Source: Eledone cirrhosa (lineage: Eukaryota). From it: a stretch of 64,000 nucleotides of DNA. The stretch lies in assembly GCA_964016885.1 (NCBI GenBank), contig OZ024763.1, positions 23,622,001 through 23,686,000 on the forward strand, written 5' to 3'. Under the pieces are notes generated by a model. That model ran no database searches. It was given only the letters and a program-made list of their open reading frames with translations, and was not told the origin of the DNA. Positions within the stretch are counted from its first letter, which is position 1; each line of letters starts with the position of its first letter. The position numbers and the translations under genes were made by a program. Shown here one piece after another: positions 15,061-29,719 of the stretch.

Positions 15061-16510
15061 ATATATATATATAATATATATATATATAATATATATATAT
15101 ATAATATATATATATAATATATATATATATATAATATATATATAATATATATATATATAATATATATATATAATATATATAATATATATATATAATATAT
15201 ATATATATAATATATATATATATAATATATATATAATATATATATAATATATATAATATATATATATATAATATATATAATATATATATTTATATAATAT
15301 ATATATATATAATATATATATATAATATTTATATATATAATATTTATATAATATATATATATATATAATATTTATATAATACTTATATATATAATATATA
15401 TATATATATAATACTTATATATATAATATATATATATATATAATACTTATATAATATATATATATAATATTTATATATATATACTTATACCCATATATAT
15501 AGACATACAAACACACACAGGCATTATATATATATACTAATATATACACCCCTCTATATATACCCCCATATATCGAAGAGAAAGAAACAACAACAAATAA
15601 AATAGTATAAACAAAACAAAGCGAAGCGAAACAAAACAAAACAAAACAAAACAAAACAAAATAAAAAAAAAAAAAGCAAGAAATATAGAAAAAATATTAG
15701 AGAGAAGGACAGAAATATTGCAAAAGAAAATGGCGGAAGATAAGGTCCGTTTGTTTGAACTCTCGATTCAACGAGATCTGGATTCCATTAGTGTTTACGA
15801 TCAGATAACGTTTCAAGTGAGGCTGCTCTGGGGATTGGTGGCCTCGTAAAACTCATTAGGTTTTCATCATCACACAGAGAGTGACAGAATAGAGAGTTTG
15901 AGAGATGGAGAGGGGGAGAGAGAGTGGGAGAGAGAGTGGGAGAGAGGGGGAAAGAGAGTGGGAGAGAGAGAGGGAGAGGGAGAGAAAGGGACTGAGAGAT
16001 TGACAGAGAGGGAGAGGCAGAGTAGAAATGAGAGATGGAGAGAGAGAGAGAGGGAGATGCAGAGTAGAGAGACAGTGAGAGACAGAGTAGAGCGACTGAG
16101 AGATGGAGATAGAGAGAAGGAAAGGTAGAGTAGAGAGACAGTGAGAGATGGAGAGGGAGAGGGAGAGATGGAGAGGGAGGGATGGAGAGAGAGAGAGAGA
16201 CAGTGAGAGACAGAGTAGACAGACTGAGAGATGGAGAGAAAGAGAGGGGCAAGAGATATAGAGAGAAAGAGAGGGGGAAGACATATTGAGAGAAAGAGAC
16301 AGAGAGGTAGATAGAGAGATAAAGAGAGACTTGGGTATATATACTGAGAGAGACTCAGAGAGAAGGAGAGTGAAAGACAGAGAGAGAGAGACTCGAATAA
16401 AGAGCGAGAGGTAGACAGATGGATAGGTAGAGACAGAGAGGGAGAATGAGGGTCAGATAAAGAGAGGCTGGCAGACAGTGAGGAAGAGGTATAGATAGAG
16501 AGAGAAAGAC

Positions 16511-16570
<60 letters not shown>

Positions 16571-16573
<3 letters not shown>

Positions 16574-16745
16574 TATCCCGGGTTCAATCGGGGGTAACCA
16601 TAGTAAGTAAGGTACTCAATACATAGAGTATAAATATTTAATATAGAAATGGCTTCTACAGGACTAGACCTGTTTCATTCGGGAGAAATCATCAGGAAGG
16701 CCGATGATTTCTCCCAAATGAAACAGTTCTAGTCCTGTAGAAACC

Positions 16746-16750
<5 letters not shown>
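16571..16750 (-). mobile_element. Fold-back HHR element (family B); intact HHR at 16653-16699 (-) and degenerate inverted copy at ~16701-16746 (+)
   Basis: Minus strand: cttc-CTGATGA-tttc(tccc)gaat-GAAACAGG(tctagt)CCT-GTA-gaag. The tail runs into (TA)n at 16570. Same family as 55550-55720. Confidence 0.78.
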
Positions 16751-16831
<81 letters not shown>

Positions 16832-16953
16832 CCAAATTCAATAAACAAACCAGGATTTTTTCATTCTGAGGATTGAAAGCAAAACCTTTTGCTTTTAAGA
16901 AACCACTGGTAAATGGAATAATTGCCTTATGTTGTTTATTACAAAATAATAAT

Positions 16954-17071
<118 letters not shown>

Positions 17072-17196
17072 GCAATGAGAAAAGGGAAAAGTGAAAGTGA
17101 AGGAATGAGAAAAAGAAAGAGGAGAGAGAGAGATAGGGAGACGAAACAGGGAAAGAATGAATGAAAGAATGTGTGTGAGAGAGAGAGAGACAGAGA

Positions 17197-17240
<44 letters not shown>

Positions 17241-17862
17241 AGGAAGAAAAAAGACGAAACAGAAAGAATGAAACGGTAAAAAATATTAAACCAAAAAATC
17301 TATTTTAAAGAATGAGATATCGTTTTTTTTTAATACAGAGAATATTATAAAACAAATAACACAACAGCAACAACAATAACAACAACAACAACTACAACAG
17401 CAACAACAGCAACTACAGCAACAACAATAGTAACAACAGCAACAACAACTACAACAGCAACAACAGCAACTACAGCAACAACAATAGTAACAACAGCAAC
17501 AACAACTACAACAGCAACAACAGCAACTACAGCAATAACAATAGTAACAACAGCAACAACAACTACAACAGCAACAACAACAACAACTACAACAGCAACA
17601 ACAGCAACAACGACAGTAACAACAGCAACAACAACTACAACAGCAACAACAACAGCGGCTACAACAGCAACAACAGCAACAACAACAACATCAACTACAA
17701 CAGCAACAAGAACATTAACAACAACAACAACAGCGGCTACAACAGAGTGAAACAACTGGTGCGTGTGTTTCTTATTGGCAACATGACCCTCCCAAAGTAT
17801 AACAATATCGGTTTCAACACACGTTTTCAGATAAAGAATCTTGCCAAACAAATTCAGAAACG

Positions 17863-17943
<81 letters not shown>

Positions 17944-18035
17944 TATATAAATAGAACGATCGACTTTCCTCAAATCGGACCGAGGAAACAATGTTTCCAT
18001 TGGTCTTTCCAATTGCTAATACTATCTATCGGTCG

Positions 18036-19070
18036 CAATAACAGCAGCAGCAACAGCAGCAGTAACAACAGCAGCAGCAACAACAGCAGCAGCAACAACA
18101 GCAGCATCAATAACAGCAGCCGTAACAGCAGCAGCCGTAACAGCAGCAGCAGTAACAACAGCAGCAGTAACAACAGCAACACTAACAACAGCAGCAGTAA
18201 CAACAGCAGCAGTAACAACAGCAGCACTAACAACAGCAGCACTAACAACAGCAGCAGCAACAACAGCAGCCGTAACAACAGCAGCATCAATAACAGCAGC
18301 CGTAACAGCAGCAGCCGTAACAGCAGCAGCAGTAACAACAGCAGCAGCAACAACAGCAACACTAACAACAGCAGCAGTAACAACAGCAGCCGTAACAACA
18401 GCAGCATCAATAACAGCAGCCGTAACAGCAGCAGCCGTAACAGCAGCAGCAGTAACAACAGCAGCAGTAACAACAGCAACACTAACAACAGCAGCAGTAA
18501 CAACAGCAGCAGTAACAACAGCAGCACTAACAACAGCAGCACTAACAACAGCAGCAGCAACAACAGCAGCAGCAACAACAGCAGCATCAATAACAGCAGC
18601 CGTAACAGCAGCAGCCGTAACAGCAGCAGCAGTAACAACAGCAGCAGCAACAACAGCAACACTAACAACAGCAGCAGTAACAACAGCAGCAGTAACAACA
18701 GCAGCACTAACAACAGCAGCAGTAACAACAGCAGCAGTAACAACAGCAGCCGTAACAACAGCAGCAGTAACAACAGCAGCAGCAACAACAGCAACACTAA
18801 CAACAGCAGCAGTAACAACAGCAGCAGTAACAACAGCAGCACTAACAACAGCAGCACTAACAACAGCAGCAGCAGTAACAACAGCAGCAGCAGTAACAAC
18901 AGCAGCAGCAGCAGTAACAGCAGTAGTAACATCAACAGCAGCAATAGAAGTAACAGCAGCAACAACAGCAGTCATAATAACAGCAGCAGTTGTAGCAGCA
19001 GCAATAACAATAGTAGTAGCAGTAGTAGTAGCAGCAGTAGCAGCAGTAATAGTACAGCAGCAGCAGCAAT
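18036..19070. repeat. AAC/AGC triplet-derived minisatellite (15-bp units with higher-order blocks)
   Basis: Repeats of agtaacaacagcagc and variants. Confidence 0.9.
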
Positions 19071-20797
19071 AACAGTTTTGCTATTGATAAAAGATGGAGG
19101 TAGTGATGGTGATGGTGATGGTGGTGGTGGTGGTGGTGAGGACGATGGTAGTGATGACGGTAGTGGCGGTAGTGGTGGTGGTGGTGGTGGTGATGACGTT
19201 GTTGGTAGTGATGATAGTGATGATGGTGGTGCTGCTGCTTATGGTGTTGATGGTAGTGGTGGTAGTGGTGGTAGTGGTGGTGGTGGTAGTGGTAGTAGTG
19301 GTAGTGGTGGTGGTGGTAGTAGTGGTAGTAGTGGTTGTGGTGGTAGTAGTGGTTGTGGTGGTAGTGGCGGCGGTGTTGTGAGTAATCTAACTGTTACAGG
19401 TTAGATCGGTGGAAATATCTTCACTACATAGGAACATGACAAAGTGAAAGTAGGATCAGCTATGGAGGAGAGGGGTGGGTGGAGGAGGGGTGAAGGTGGA
19501 AAGAAGGGTAGAGGAGTGAAGGAGGAGGGGAGGGGTGAAGGAGAAATAGGGAGATGTGGGGGTTGGGAAAGAAGACAATATGAATCGATAAATATTCATC
19601 TTTTTCTCCCTCTCTCACCCTCTCTCGATCTATCGTTTTCACTCCCTTCCTCTCTCTTTCCCTTTCCTTCTCTCCCTTTATTTTTTACTCTCTCTCTCTC
19701 AATCTCCCTTTCTCTCTCTCACTCTCTCTCACTCTATTTCTCTCTCCCTCTCTCTAAATCTACCTTTCTGCCCTCCCTCTGTTGATATACCTTTATCTCT
19801 CCCCATCTCTCCATCTACCTGTCTCCCTCCTCTTTATTTATAACCGGCTCGTTCTTTAGTCTCTCTCTCTCCCTCCCTCTCTACTATTCCTTTTCACCAT
19901 ATTTTACCCTTCTACCTATCTTCCCGCTCAATACTTCTCTATTTCCCCTCTACCTCTCTCTCTACTTCTCTCACCTCGTGTTTCTCTCACTAATATTCTT
20001 CACATTTCTCTCACCCCCTCCTTCTCTCCCTCATTACCCCCGCCCCTTTTTCTACCCAATGCACCCCCTCTCTCTACCTCTCTCTATCACTCTCTACCTA
20101 TATCACCTGTCTTTCTCTCACTAATACTCTCCTCCTTTCTCTCATGCCTCCCCTTCTCTCTCTCTAATAACCTGTCTCTTTCTACCCAATGCAGCTTCTC
20201 TCTATCTCTACACCCCCCCTCTCTCTACCTCTATCCCCCTCCTCTCTCTGTCTCTACCTCAATCTCTTATCCACCCTCTCTCTACCTCTATCTCCCTCTC
20301 TCTCTATCCCCTCCTCTCTGTCTCTACCCGAATCTCTTATCCCCCTCTATCTCTACCTCACCCTCTCTCTATCCCCCACTCTATATATCCCCCTCCTCTC
20401 TCTCTCTCTAACCTCCTCTCTCTAAAACCTCCTCTCTCTCTACCCCTCCTCCATCTCCCAACACAATGTATACACTGCTTTATTAAACAATGTTCACGGC
20501 CAATTTCAGTTTACTGGATTGCGGCCAGGCAGCAGCAACGTACCTAAGGGTTTCTCTAGTCGATCACACAGCCACATACTCCCCGCCACCACCCTAGTAC
20601 TTACTCCTGTCAGCCTTGTACTTAGTTCATCGATCTTTATCAATCAAATGGTTAATAATATTTTAAAATGCCATTTCTGAGATAAAGGGACGTAAATGAA
20701 GAGATGGCTTGCATCGGTAGAGTTATAAAATGAACAGCAATGCACACACACACATATATACACACGTGTGTATGAATATATATATATATATATATAT

Positions 20798-20829
<32 letters not shown>

Positions 20830-20898
20830 GCATATATATATAAATACATATATATATATGTATGTATATATATATGTATACACACATGTATGTATATG

Positions 20899-20929
<31 letters not shown>

Positions 20930-20954
20930 GTAAATGTACATATATATAAATACA

Positions 20955-20991
<37 letters not shown>

Positions 20992-21014
20992 GTATACACA
21001 CATGTATGTATATG

Positions 21015-21084
<70 letters not shown>

Positions 21085-21438
21085 AATGTACATATATATA
21101 AATACATATATATATATATGTATACACACATGTATATATATATATAGGAATATATATTTCTCTGGAATATTCAACCCCTATAGTGCAAGTAATAGGTAGT
21201 TCATTGTGTGGATATATGCAAATGTTTACACACATACACTGATATATACATGTATACACACATACACACCGCGCATGAATATATTTACACACACACACAC
21301 ACACACACATATATGCATATATATAAATACATTAATACACACACACACATATATATATATTGATGTATGTGTGTATTTGTGTATGTATGTATTTATATAT
21401 ATATATATATATACCTACACAAATACACACATACATTA

Positions 21439-21470
<32 letters not shown>

Positions 21471-22027
21471 ACATATATACATACACGCACAAACATATAA
21501 ACACACAAACGTGTATCTATACGTGAACATAAACCTATCAATGCTGATCGATTTTCCGTTAGCGTTCTTCTTGTTATTATTCCCATTTTTAGTATTATTA
21601 CGCTCGTCATTATTGTTATCCATGTTATTATTAATATTATTATTATTATTATTACTATTATTATTATTGTTTTTTTTTCGTCAGTTAATGACTCTATACA
21701 AGTTAGTGGCTGTTGAAACTGTTGAAAATGATATTGATTGGTCAGACAAATCGTTCAAAAATCACTATCGATCCGTTATTAGATCAGACGTTTCTTTGCA
21801 TTTTGCAACAATTTTTTGAAAAATAAAAAATAAATAAATAAAATAAAAATAAAAATAAAATAATAATAATAAATAAATATAAAAAATAAATAAATGTTCT
21901 TTTTGCTTAGATTTTTTTAATATTTATATATTTTATATATTTTTTACCTTTTTTTCCTTTAGCTATTTATTCTGTTTATCATTTTTTTCGAAATTCTTTG
22001 ATTTTTGCTGGATTTATTTTTTCGTTC

Positions 22028-22084
<57 letters not shown>

Positions 22085-22278
22085 TGTTTGTTTGAGTTTC
22101 TTTCTATTTGTTTTTCGTTTGTGTGTGTGTGTATATATATATATATATAAGACTTTTTTGAAATTTCTGTTGTTCTTATTGTCTTTGTTATTGTTTTTAT
22201 CTGGAAGTGTATATTTAGTTATTTCTGTTATTTTCTGATACTTATTTATTATTATTCCAATCTTCACATGTTTGCTTG

Positions 22279-22357
<79 letters not shown>

Positions 22358-22711
22358 TAGATACATATATATATATATACATAGATATATACATATATAC
22401 ATACATATATATTCTTATTTCTTTTTCTTATTTGTTCCTATCTTACCCCTTCAATTCAATTGTAGTCGAAAGATTGTGGGTGTTTCCCTTGTCATACATA
22501 TATATATAGAGAGAGGGAGGGGGAGGGGGGGGGGAGAGACATATAATTTCCATCCATCAAACATCAAGATTGCTACTTCTAGGAATACCTTCTCGTTATC
22601 ATAACAATCATTATTTCCATCATCGATTGCATCATCATCATCATCATCATCATCCTCATCACTATTATGACTATTAATGGTAATATTATTATCATTATTA
22701 TTCTTATTGTT

Positions 22712-22866
22712 AGGGGCGGTGGATTGGCAATATCGGACAACATGCTTTACAGCATATAGTTTCGTCCCTCCACGTTCTGATTTCAAATCCCACTGGGTCG
22801 ATAAAATCGACTTCCCCTTAACCCAAAATCAGTGACATAAGACCAGTAATTTGGAGTTAGAAGTAA
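22712..22866 (+). mobile_element. SINE with internal deletion
   Basis: ggcggtggattggcaatatcgg head, tcaaatccc B-box region and gtcgataaaatcgacttcccc segment. Confidence 0.65.
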
Positions 22867-23335
22867 AAATGCTTTCTTTATTAACCACAAGGGTTGACAT
22901 AAAGTATAACATTAAGGACGGTACAGGATGGTACAAATGGGCATTTCTGCGTGTAAAAAAAACAAAATCAAAATTATATTTATAAAAAACTAAAACAAAG
23001 GATGTAACAAAAAAAAAAAACAAGGAAAAATTCCCCAATTCCCCAATATGGGGGGTGGGGTGGGACTTCCGAGGGTCACTCGTGGAGAAAGCTCACAAAA
23101 AAGCCACGGTCAACCTGACCGTTAGGGCAAGCGCCCTCTTCAAGTTTTCCTCCTACGATACTGCTCAGGGCAGGCCCATTCACAGGGACCATTCTTGCCT
23201 CTCTCACCCACCTTTCAACAAATTGGTTGGAAGGCAACACTACCCTCTCCACCCTGATTTTCCTTTTCAGGTGAAACCTGAAAACCTTAATGAGGGCGTC
23301 ACCGAAGAGGTAAGTGTCCGTCTTGGGGGTTAGAA
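22867..23335 (-). mobile_element. Probable LINE (L1/Tx1-like) 3' UTR
   Basis: The minus strand ends cccttgtggttaataaagaaa. Similar ends occur at 54660-54690 and 54040-54072. Family assignment is tentative. Confidence 0.4.
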
Positions 23336-23555
23336 GTAATAATATTATTTTTTCTTTTATAAGGTTTCTCTAGCGATCGGTTGCTAGGTGCAGTGTACTA
23401 GTTGACCTCAGATCAGTCCCTGACCTCAGAGGCACAATATATAGTGTAGGATTCTGGCAGTGCTGGTGATGGGAGAAATTTGGGCATTGTCTATGAAATC
23501 AGGGATCCAAAAGCATTTAGGGACCATGCCTAAAGACCCAAGTTGTTCGGTTCTA

Positions 23556-24610
23556 ATAATAATAATTGTTTCTACTTTTGGCACAAGGCCAGCAATTAAC
23601 CGGTACATTACTGGTACTTTATTTTATCGACCCCGTAAGGATGAAAAGAAAAGTTAACCTCGGCGGGATTTGAACCTAGACCGTAAAGGGACGTAACTAT
23701 GCTGGAAAGCATGGCGTCCAACGGTTTCTTATGTAGGCAAAGGCCAGTAATTTGGGGGAGGGGAAAGTCGATTAAATCGACCTCAGTACGTTACTGGTAC
23801 TTTATTTTATCGACCCTGTGAGAATGAAAGACAAAGTTAACCTCAGTGGGATTTGAACTCAGATCATAATAGGCCGTAACTCTATCCTGCAAAGCATGGT
23901 GTCAGACCCTCTACCGATACTGCCAATCCATGGTTTCTGATCTAGACAAAAGGCCAGCAATTTTTTTTTTGGGGGGGGGGGGGGGGGCATCAATTAAATG
24001 GACCCCAGTGCATTACTGGTGCTTTATTTTATCGACCCGGTAAGGATGAAAGGCAAAGTTAACTTCAGTGGAAATTGAACTCAGATCATAAATGGCCGTA
24101 ACTCTATGCTGCAAAACAGGGTCTCCGACGCTCTACCGACTCGGCCAATCCAATAATAATAATAATTTTTACTTTTGGTACAAGGCCAGCAATTACCACA
24201 GTACGTCACTGGTACTTTATTTCGTAGCCCCTGTAAGGATGAAAGGCAAAGTTAACCTCGACGGGATTTGAAAGCATGGCGTAACTCTAACTTGCAGCAT
24301 AGACCGTAACTCTATGCTGCAAAGATGGCGTCAGACTCTCTACAGATACTGGCAATCCACCGCCTTTATAGTAATAATAATTGTTTCTACTTTAGGCACA
24401 AGGCCAGCAATTACCCAGTATATTACTGGTACTTTATTTTATCGACCCCGTAAGGATGAAAGGCAAAGTCAACCTCGGCGGGATTTGAACTCAGATCGTA
24501 AAGGGATGTAACTATGCTGGAAAGCATGGCGTCCGACCCTCTACCGATACTGCCAATCCACCGCCTTAATAATAATTATGTCTTCTGATTCAGGCACAAG
24601 GCCAGCAATT
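23556..24610 (-). mobile_element. Head-to-tail cluster of about 6 SINE copies (long and short forms)
   Basis: Repeated aggccagcaatt...tactggtactttattttatcgaccc...aagttaacctcggcgggatttgaactcag. Confidence 0.85.
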
Positions 24611-25259
24611 ATTGTTATTGTTGTTGTTGTTGCTGTTATGTCGGTTGTTTTCTCTTTCTCCATGTTCCCTTTCAGCTTAAACCCCAATCTGTGTTATATT
24701 GTCTTTATTGTGACCAATAAAAGAACTAATTAATGTTGTTATTGTTGTTGTTGTTACTGCTGCTGTTAGTACTATTATGCAAGAGAGGGGGCGGGGCATA
24801 CAAAGAAGAATCGATAGAAAATCGAACTAAACAAATATTGATTTCCCTACATCATTGCAACTTCAGAATTTTAAACTTATGATGTTCAGATCGATTTTAA
24901 TAACCTTTCTTCCATGGACAGGGAAGATCAAATATTGTCCCAGTTATATTTTGGGGGAATTGCCTGTGTGTGAGTGTGGTGGTGGTTGCGTTTTTGAGTG
25001 TGTGCGGTTGTGTGTGTGAGTGTATGTGTGCTTGTGGGAGTGTATCAGACTGTGTGCGATGTTGTGAGTGTGTGTGTTTGTATATTTGAGTGTGTGTATG
25101 TGTGTGTGTGTGTGTGTGTTTGGTTGAGTTTGTAAGGTTGTGAGTGTGTATGTCTGTATGTATGTTTGTGTGTGTGTGTGGGGGGGGGGGTCAAACTGTG
25201 TGCGTTTGTTTATTTTTGTGTGTGTATGTGTGTTTGGTTGAGTTTGTGAGGTTGTGAGT

Positions 25260-25326
<67 letters not shown>

Positions 25327-26332
25327 GTTGGGAGTGTGTGTTTATATGACAGCAAAGGGTAAAGGCGAAAATGTTTGGGAGGAACGCTCTGCCATCATCA
25401 CCACCACCACCACCACCACCACCACCATCACCATCATCACCACCATCACTACCATCACCATCAACAACACCACCACCATCACCACAATAATATTTCCTAC
25501 CATAATCGTTAATCCCACCACCACCATCACTACTACCACCATCAGTACCATTACCCCAACCACTACCACCAGCACTACCACCATCACCAGCAACAACAAC
25601 AACAACACTATCATTCTTTATCAACAATGACGGGAAGACAATAAAAGTAGAGATATAAAATAAAATGATTTTATTTACAAAATAAAAATAAAATTATCAG
25701 ATTTAACGAAATTATCGAAAATAATCAAACACACTCACACATATACCTACATACACATACACATACACATAGATAGAGACACACAAACACTCACATACAT
25801 ACATACACAGACAGTCACACACATATACATGCATACATTCACAAACACATAAAATTCAAACATATAGTCACATACTCAAACACAAACATACATACACAAG
25901 CATATGCATACATATACAATCAAACACACACATACAGTCACACACATACATATATAATACAAACACATAAAAGTACAAACACCTAAGCACTCACACAAAC
26001 ACATATATACATACATACATACACAGACACATACATACATACACAGACACATACATACATACACATGCACAAACACATACACTCACACACAAACATATAT
26101 ACACAGTCATACATATACAAAAAAGTACAAACACATACATACATACACACACACACACAAACATAGATATACACACACACAAACACATATACAGACATAC
26201 ATAAACAGATACATACATAAACAAAAAAACAATTACCGGAAAAATAAAATATATATTTTCTTTTTAAATAAAGTTATTAAACTGATAACCGCAAACTTGA
26301 AACCTCCTCTGTTTGTTAGGAAGAGCAAAAGT

Positions 26333-27420
26333 TGAGATAAGTAATAGATATAATGGAAGTACAGCTTAAAATGGCGGCTGAGTAGATATATATATTTATT
26401 GGTAGTACAGCTGAAAATGGTTGCTGGTGAGAGTGTTGAGATATATAATGGAAGAACAGTTTAAAATGGCGGCTGGTGGCAGTGTAGAGATATATAATTG
26501 TTTCTACTTTAGGCACAAGGCCAGCAATTACCCAGTGCATTACTGGTACTTTATTCTATCGACCCCGTAAGGATGAAAGGCAAAGTCAACCTCGGCGGGA
26601 TTTGAACTCAGATCGTAAAGGGACGTAACTATGCTGGAAAGCATGGCGTCCGACCCTCTACCGATACTGGGCAGTGTTGAGATATATAATGAGCGGTGCC
26701 CCAGCATGGCCTCAGCCGGATGGCTGGAACCGGTAAAAGAGTAAAAGAGTAAAAGAGTAATAGAAGTACACCTTCAAATGGCGGCTGGTGGCAGTGTTGA
26801 GATATATATAATGGAAGTACAGCTTAAAATGGCGGCTGGAGGCAGTGTTGAGATATATATTGGAAGTACAGTTTAAAATGGCGGCTGGGTAGATATATAT
26901 AGTGGTAGGACAGCTTAAAATGGCGGCTGGTGAGAGTGTTGAGATATATATAATGTAGTACAGCTTAAAATGGCGGCTGGTGGTAGTGTTGAGATATATA
27001 TTGGAAGTACAGTTTAAAATGGCGGCTGGGTAGATATATATATTGTAAGTACAGTTTATAATGGCGGCTGGTGGAAGTGTTGAGATATATATTGGAAGTA
27101 AGTTTAAAATGGCGGTGGTAGCAGGGCAGATATATATAATGTAAGTAGAGTTTAAAATGGTGGCTGGTGGCAGTGTTGAGATATATAATGGAAGTACAGT
27201 TTAAAATGGTGGCAGGTGGCCGTGTTGAGATAAATATTGGAAGTACAGCCTAAAATGGCGGCTGGTGGCAGTGTTGAGATATTTACTGGAAATACAGTTT
27301 AAAATGGCGGTGGCGGCAGGGCAGATATATAATGGAAGTACAGTTTAAAATGGTGGCCGGTGGCATGGTAGAGATATAATGGAAGTACAGTTTAAAATGG
27401 CGGCAGGTAGCAAGGTAGAA
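26333..27420 (+). repeat. Minisatellite of ~41-50-bp units, about 17 copies
   Basis: Consensus gagatatataatggaagtacagtttaaaatggcggctggtggcagtgtt. Confidence 0.9.
26495..26760. mobile_element. SINE (-, 26495-26668) and a second SINE/LINE-type tail (+, 26690-26760) inserted in a minisatellite
   Basis: Canonical SINE reverse complement, then tail ccagcatggcc...gtaaaagagtaaaagagt. A similar tail occurs in reverse at 7300-7352. Confidence 0.75.
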
Positions 27421-27488
27421 AATTTATCTTCAATTGTGGAGAGCGTAATTTCTCTCTCCACACAAAACTATTGCATCAGGTAGCATAA

Positions 27489-27521
<33 letters not shown>

Positions 27522-27971
27522 TGTATGTATGTATGTATGTATGTATGTATGTATGTATGTATGTATGTATGCTTGTATGCGTGTATGCGTAGGGGTGCGT
27601 GAGTGTATATGTATGTATGTGAGTGCGCGAATGTGTGTATAGGTATGTATGTATTAGTATATATGCGTGCGTGCGTTGCGTGTGTGTATTTATGTGTATG
27701 TATGTTTGTTTGTATGTGTGTATGTATGCTTGTATGCGTTTATGTATGCATGTATGTTTGTATGTATGTATGTGTGTGTGAATGTATGTATGTATGAATT
27801 TATGTATATTATTCGCGTGTGTATATATATTATTATACATATTATTTATAGGATTGGCACAAATCATTCTTTCTTGCTTTCATTACATAATATATCTACT
27901 TCTGCATCTCTCTCTTCATATCTATCTATCTATCTATCTATTTGTATTGTCCCCTTTTCTTGTACGTTGCT

Positions 27972-28171
27972 NNNNNNNNNNNNNNNNNNNNNNNNNNNNN
28001 NNNNNNNNNNNNNNNNNNNNNNNNNNNNNNNNNNNNNNNNNNNNNNNNNNNNNNNNNNNNNNNNNNNNNNNNNNNNNNNNNNNNNNNNNNNNNNNNNNNN
28101 NNNNNNNNNNNNNNNNNNNNNNNNNNNNNNNNNNNNNNNNNNNNNNNNNNNNNNNNNNNNNNNNNNNNNNN
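27972..28171. other. Assembly gap (200 N)
   Basis: Run of n. Confidence 1.
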
Positions 28172-28194
28172 TCTCTTTTTCTCTCTCTCTCTCC

Positions 28195-28262
<68 letters not shown>

Positions 28263-28412
28263 ATATCTATCTGCCTATCTATCTATCTATCTGTCTCCAC
28301 ATCTTTCTATCTCTCTCTCCTCCCCCTCTCTATATATTTTCATTTGACTGATGTAAAACATTCTCTCTCTGCTTTTCTCTGAGTCTCACTCTATCTTAAC
28401 ACACACACGCAC

Positions 28413-28490
<78 letters not shown>

Positions 28491-28826
28491 ACAACACACA
28501 CTTTTCAATGTAGGAGTAAGGAACATTCTACCCTCACAATAATTCCATGAAGTAGCGAGATATATATGCTATATATTTATACATCTTTATGTTTTCATTT
28601 GATTCACGTAAAATAATCTCCCACCCCCCTATCACTCTCACCCACCACACACACCACACACACACACACACACACTTTCCTCCACCATAATCTCATTTTC
28701 AATAGAAGAAAACGTACATTCTCTATAAATCCATTGCGTGAGATAGCGTGATTATATAAGCCATTATACATACATGCATACACACACACACATATTATAT
28801 ATATATATATATATATTGGATATATA

Positions 28827-28926
28827 CAGGGTGTCCCCCAAAATTGTATACACACTTCAACAGCATTCTAATAATTATTGCCTGTACAGATAATCAAAGT
28901 GTGTATACATTTTTTGGTACACCCTG
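28827..28926. mobile_element. Tc1/mariner-type MITE (related copies at 39730-39805 and 51225-51302; TIR fragment at 34756)
   Basis: TA|cagggtgtcccccaaaattgtatacacactt...aagtgtgtatacatttttttggtacaccctg|TA. Confidence 0.75.
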
Positions 28927-29064
28927 TATGTATTATATATATATATTTATATATGTATGTATGTATCTATGTGTGTATATATATATAAACATATATATAT
29001 TGCAAACGAATTGAATATTATTATTCGATAGAAAACTCACGAATGCATTTATATGTAATATATA

Positions 29065-29168
<104 letters not shown>

Positions 29169-29465
29169 ATACATATATATATATATATATATATAGTACG
29201 TCAATACTCATCTTTTTCCATTTATCTGAGGGTTCTAAACCCCATTATCAGGCTAAAATTCCTTCAGTCAAAAATACGGTGAAAGCTATTCTATTTTCTA
29301 TATATATATATGTATATGTATATATAAGTATGTATATATATATATAATATATATATATAATATATATATATACATATATATATGTATGTATATATAAGTA
29401 TATATATATGTATGTATATATATGTATATATATGTTACATATATGTATATATATGTATATATATG

Positions 29466-29500
<35 letters not shown>

Positions 29501-29505
29501 GTGTG

Positions 29506-29553
<48 letters not shown>

Positions 29554-29676
29554 TATATATATATATACATATATATATATACACATATATACATATATAT
29601 ACATATATATACATATATATACATATATGTACATATATATACATATATATACATACATATATATACTTATATATAC

Positions 29677-29711
<35 letters not shown>

Positions 29712-29719
<8 letters not shown>

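Noticed and set aside
29196-29298. Island with minus-strand cctgataatggggtttagaaccc as a hammerhead
   Set aside because: The core is CUGAUAA and the GAAA half is missing. It may be a decayed fragment, but this is not supportable.
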